From positions 1 through 64,000 of the IMG/VR virus record IMGVR_UViG_2974730439_000001: 64,000 nt of DNA. The stretch is one strand, 5' to 3'. The notes under the pieces were generated by a model that worked only from the letters and a program-made list of their open reading frames with translations, made no database searches and was not told the origin of the DNA. This document shows positions 63,067 to 64,000 of the stretch, one piece after another (the stretch's first letter is position 1; each line of letters opens with the position of its first letter). The position numbers and the translations under genes were made by a program. The DNA comes from a virus. Lineage: Duplodnaviria > Caudoviricetes.

Positions 63067-63966
63067 ATGAAAATATGTGGATTAAGCGATATACATGGAC
63101 AATTTAGAGATATACCAGAATGTGATGTGTTATGTATCACCGGAGATATAATTAATTTAAATGATCAAAGGTCTATAGATGCATCACGACATTGGTGGTA
63201 TACTAGATTTACTAAATGGGTAAATAGATTACCTTGTAAGAAAGTAATAATTACTCCAGGTAATCATGATTTCTTTTTAGAAGATGCTTATAATAAGTAT
63301 TATTATGATGAATTAAAACAGGATTTATCAGCAAGAACTAATGACAAATTAGTTATATTAATAAATGAACAATATGAGTATGAAGGTATAAAGTTTTATG
63401 GTTGTCCCTATATCAATCCGATAATGTTCCAAGAAGGAAGATGGGCATTTGAAGATAAAGGTATAATGCCAGGAGAAATAGATCCTGATACTGGAGAAGA
63501 AAACCAAACAGGAGAAATAATAAGCCATTACAATAAAATACCTCAAGATATAGATATATTGCTTACTCATGATAATCCATTTAAAAATGGATTATTAAGT
63601 AATGCTCCAAGGCCTAAGTTAGCTCATCTGTATGGACACTGGCATGATGGAAGAGATTTACGAGAGGTAGGATATTATAATTGTTCATTATTAGATAATA
63701 ATTATAATGTTAAAAAGAATTTTAAACCCATAATAATAGACATAATGAAAGAGCAAGAAAAGATAAGTTTTTTAGATTCTCTATCTTTATTAATTGAACC
63801 TTTCTATAAATTAAAAGGAGAAAAACCTTTATCTTTAGAAGATATAAAGGAATTCTTTAATATGCAAAAGGAGTTTTATAAAACGCAATTAGAAGATATA
63901 ATTGCAGAAGATGAAATTCCTTGGGATACTAACTTAGAAATAGAAGAAGAAAATGATGAAGATTGA
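63067..63966 (+). CDS. Calcineurin-like metallophosphoesterase
   Basis: SDIHG, TGD, PGNHD, LLTH, GHWH. Confidence 0.9.
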   Translation: MKICGLSDIHGQFRDIPECDVLCITGDIINLNDQRSIDASRHWWYTRFTKWVNRLPCKKVIITPGNHDFFLEDAYNKYYYDELKQDLSARTNDKLVILINEQYEYEGIKFYGCPYINPIMFQEGRWAFEDKGIMPGEIDPDTGEENQTGEIISHYNKIPQDIDILLTHDNPFKNGLLSNAPRPKLAHLYGHWHDGRDLREVGYYNCSLLDNNYNVKKNFKPIIIDIMKEQEKISFLDSLSLLIEPFYKLKGEKPLSLEDIKEFFNMQKEFYKTQLEDIIAEDEIPWDTNLEIEEENDED

Positions 63967-64000
63967 TATTCCATATTATGAAGATAATACAAGAATATCA
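63953..64000 (+). CDS. Start of next gene (partial)
   Basis: MMKIDIPYYEDNTRIS runs off the edge. Confidence 0.5.
   Translation, partial: MMKIDIPYYEDNTRIS

Noticed and set aside
1379-63570. Numerous short antisense or alternate-frame ORFs in the track (e.g. 1379-1627, 14720-15067, 45066-45383, 49569-50096, 61472-61771)
   Set aside because: They are shadows of real genes on the opposite strand or frame, with no motifs or start context

Overview
64 kb of an AT-rich crAss-like (Crassvirales) gut phage genome, inferred host Bacteroidota. There are two divergent arms meeting at about 37.1-37.3 kb. The minus-strand arm (1-37,073) holds tail fibres, a BACON-repeat protein, an M15 endolysin, tail/neck proteins, auxiliary and major capsid proteins, portal, terminase, two homing endonucleases, a GroES-like protein and thyX. 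Its ORFs look shattered only because TAG is read as an amino acid (most likely Gln, code 15); with readthrough they join into intact, tightly packed genes. The plus-strand arm holds early small genes, an ECF-type sigma factor, tRNAs, PolB, helicase, Sak4/SSB, primase and a resolvase-like nuclease, almost entirely in the standard code. Elements the ORF track does not show: (i) an amber-suppressor tRNA(CUA) whose anticodon is split by a 228-nt Azoarcus-type group I intron, so the anticodon exists only after splicing; (ii) a circularly permuted two-piece tmRNA gene; (iii) two DGR-type variable repeats 40 kb apart in unrelated genes; (iv) six ECF-type promoter candidates on the late strand; (v) an amber-gated nuclease inside the replication module; (vi) an HDV-like ribozyme, anticodon-less tRNA mimics and a 2.2-kb ORF-free structured region. 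All calls were read by eye, with no database searches or folding programs, so novelty relative to the literature is unverified.
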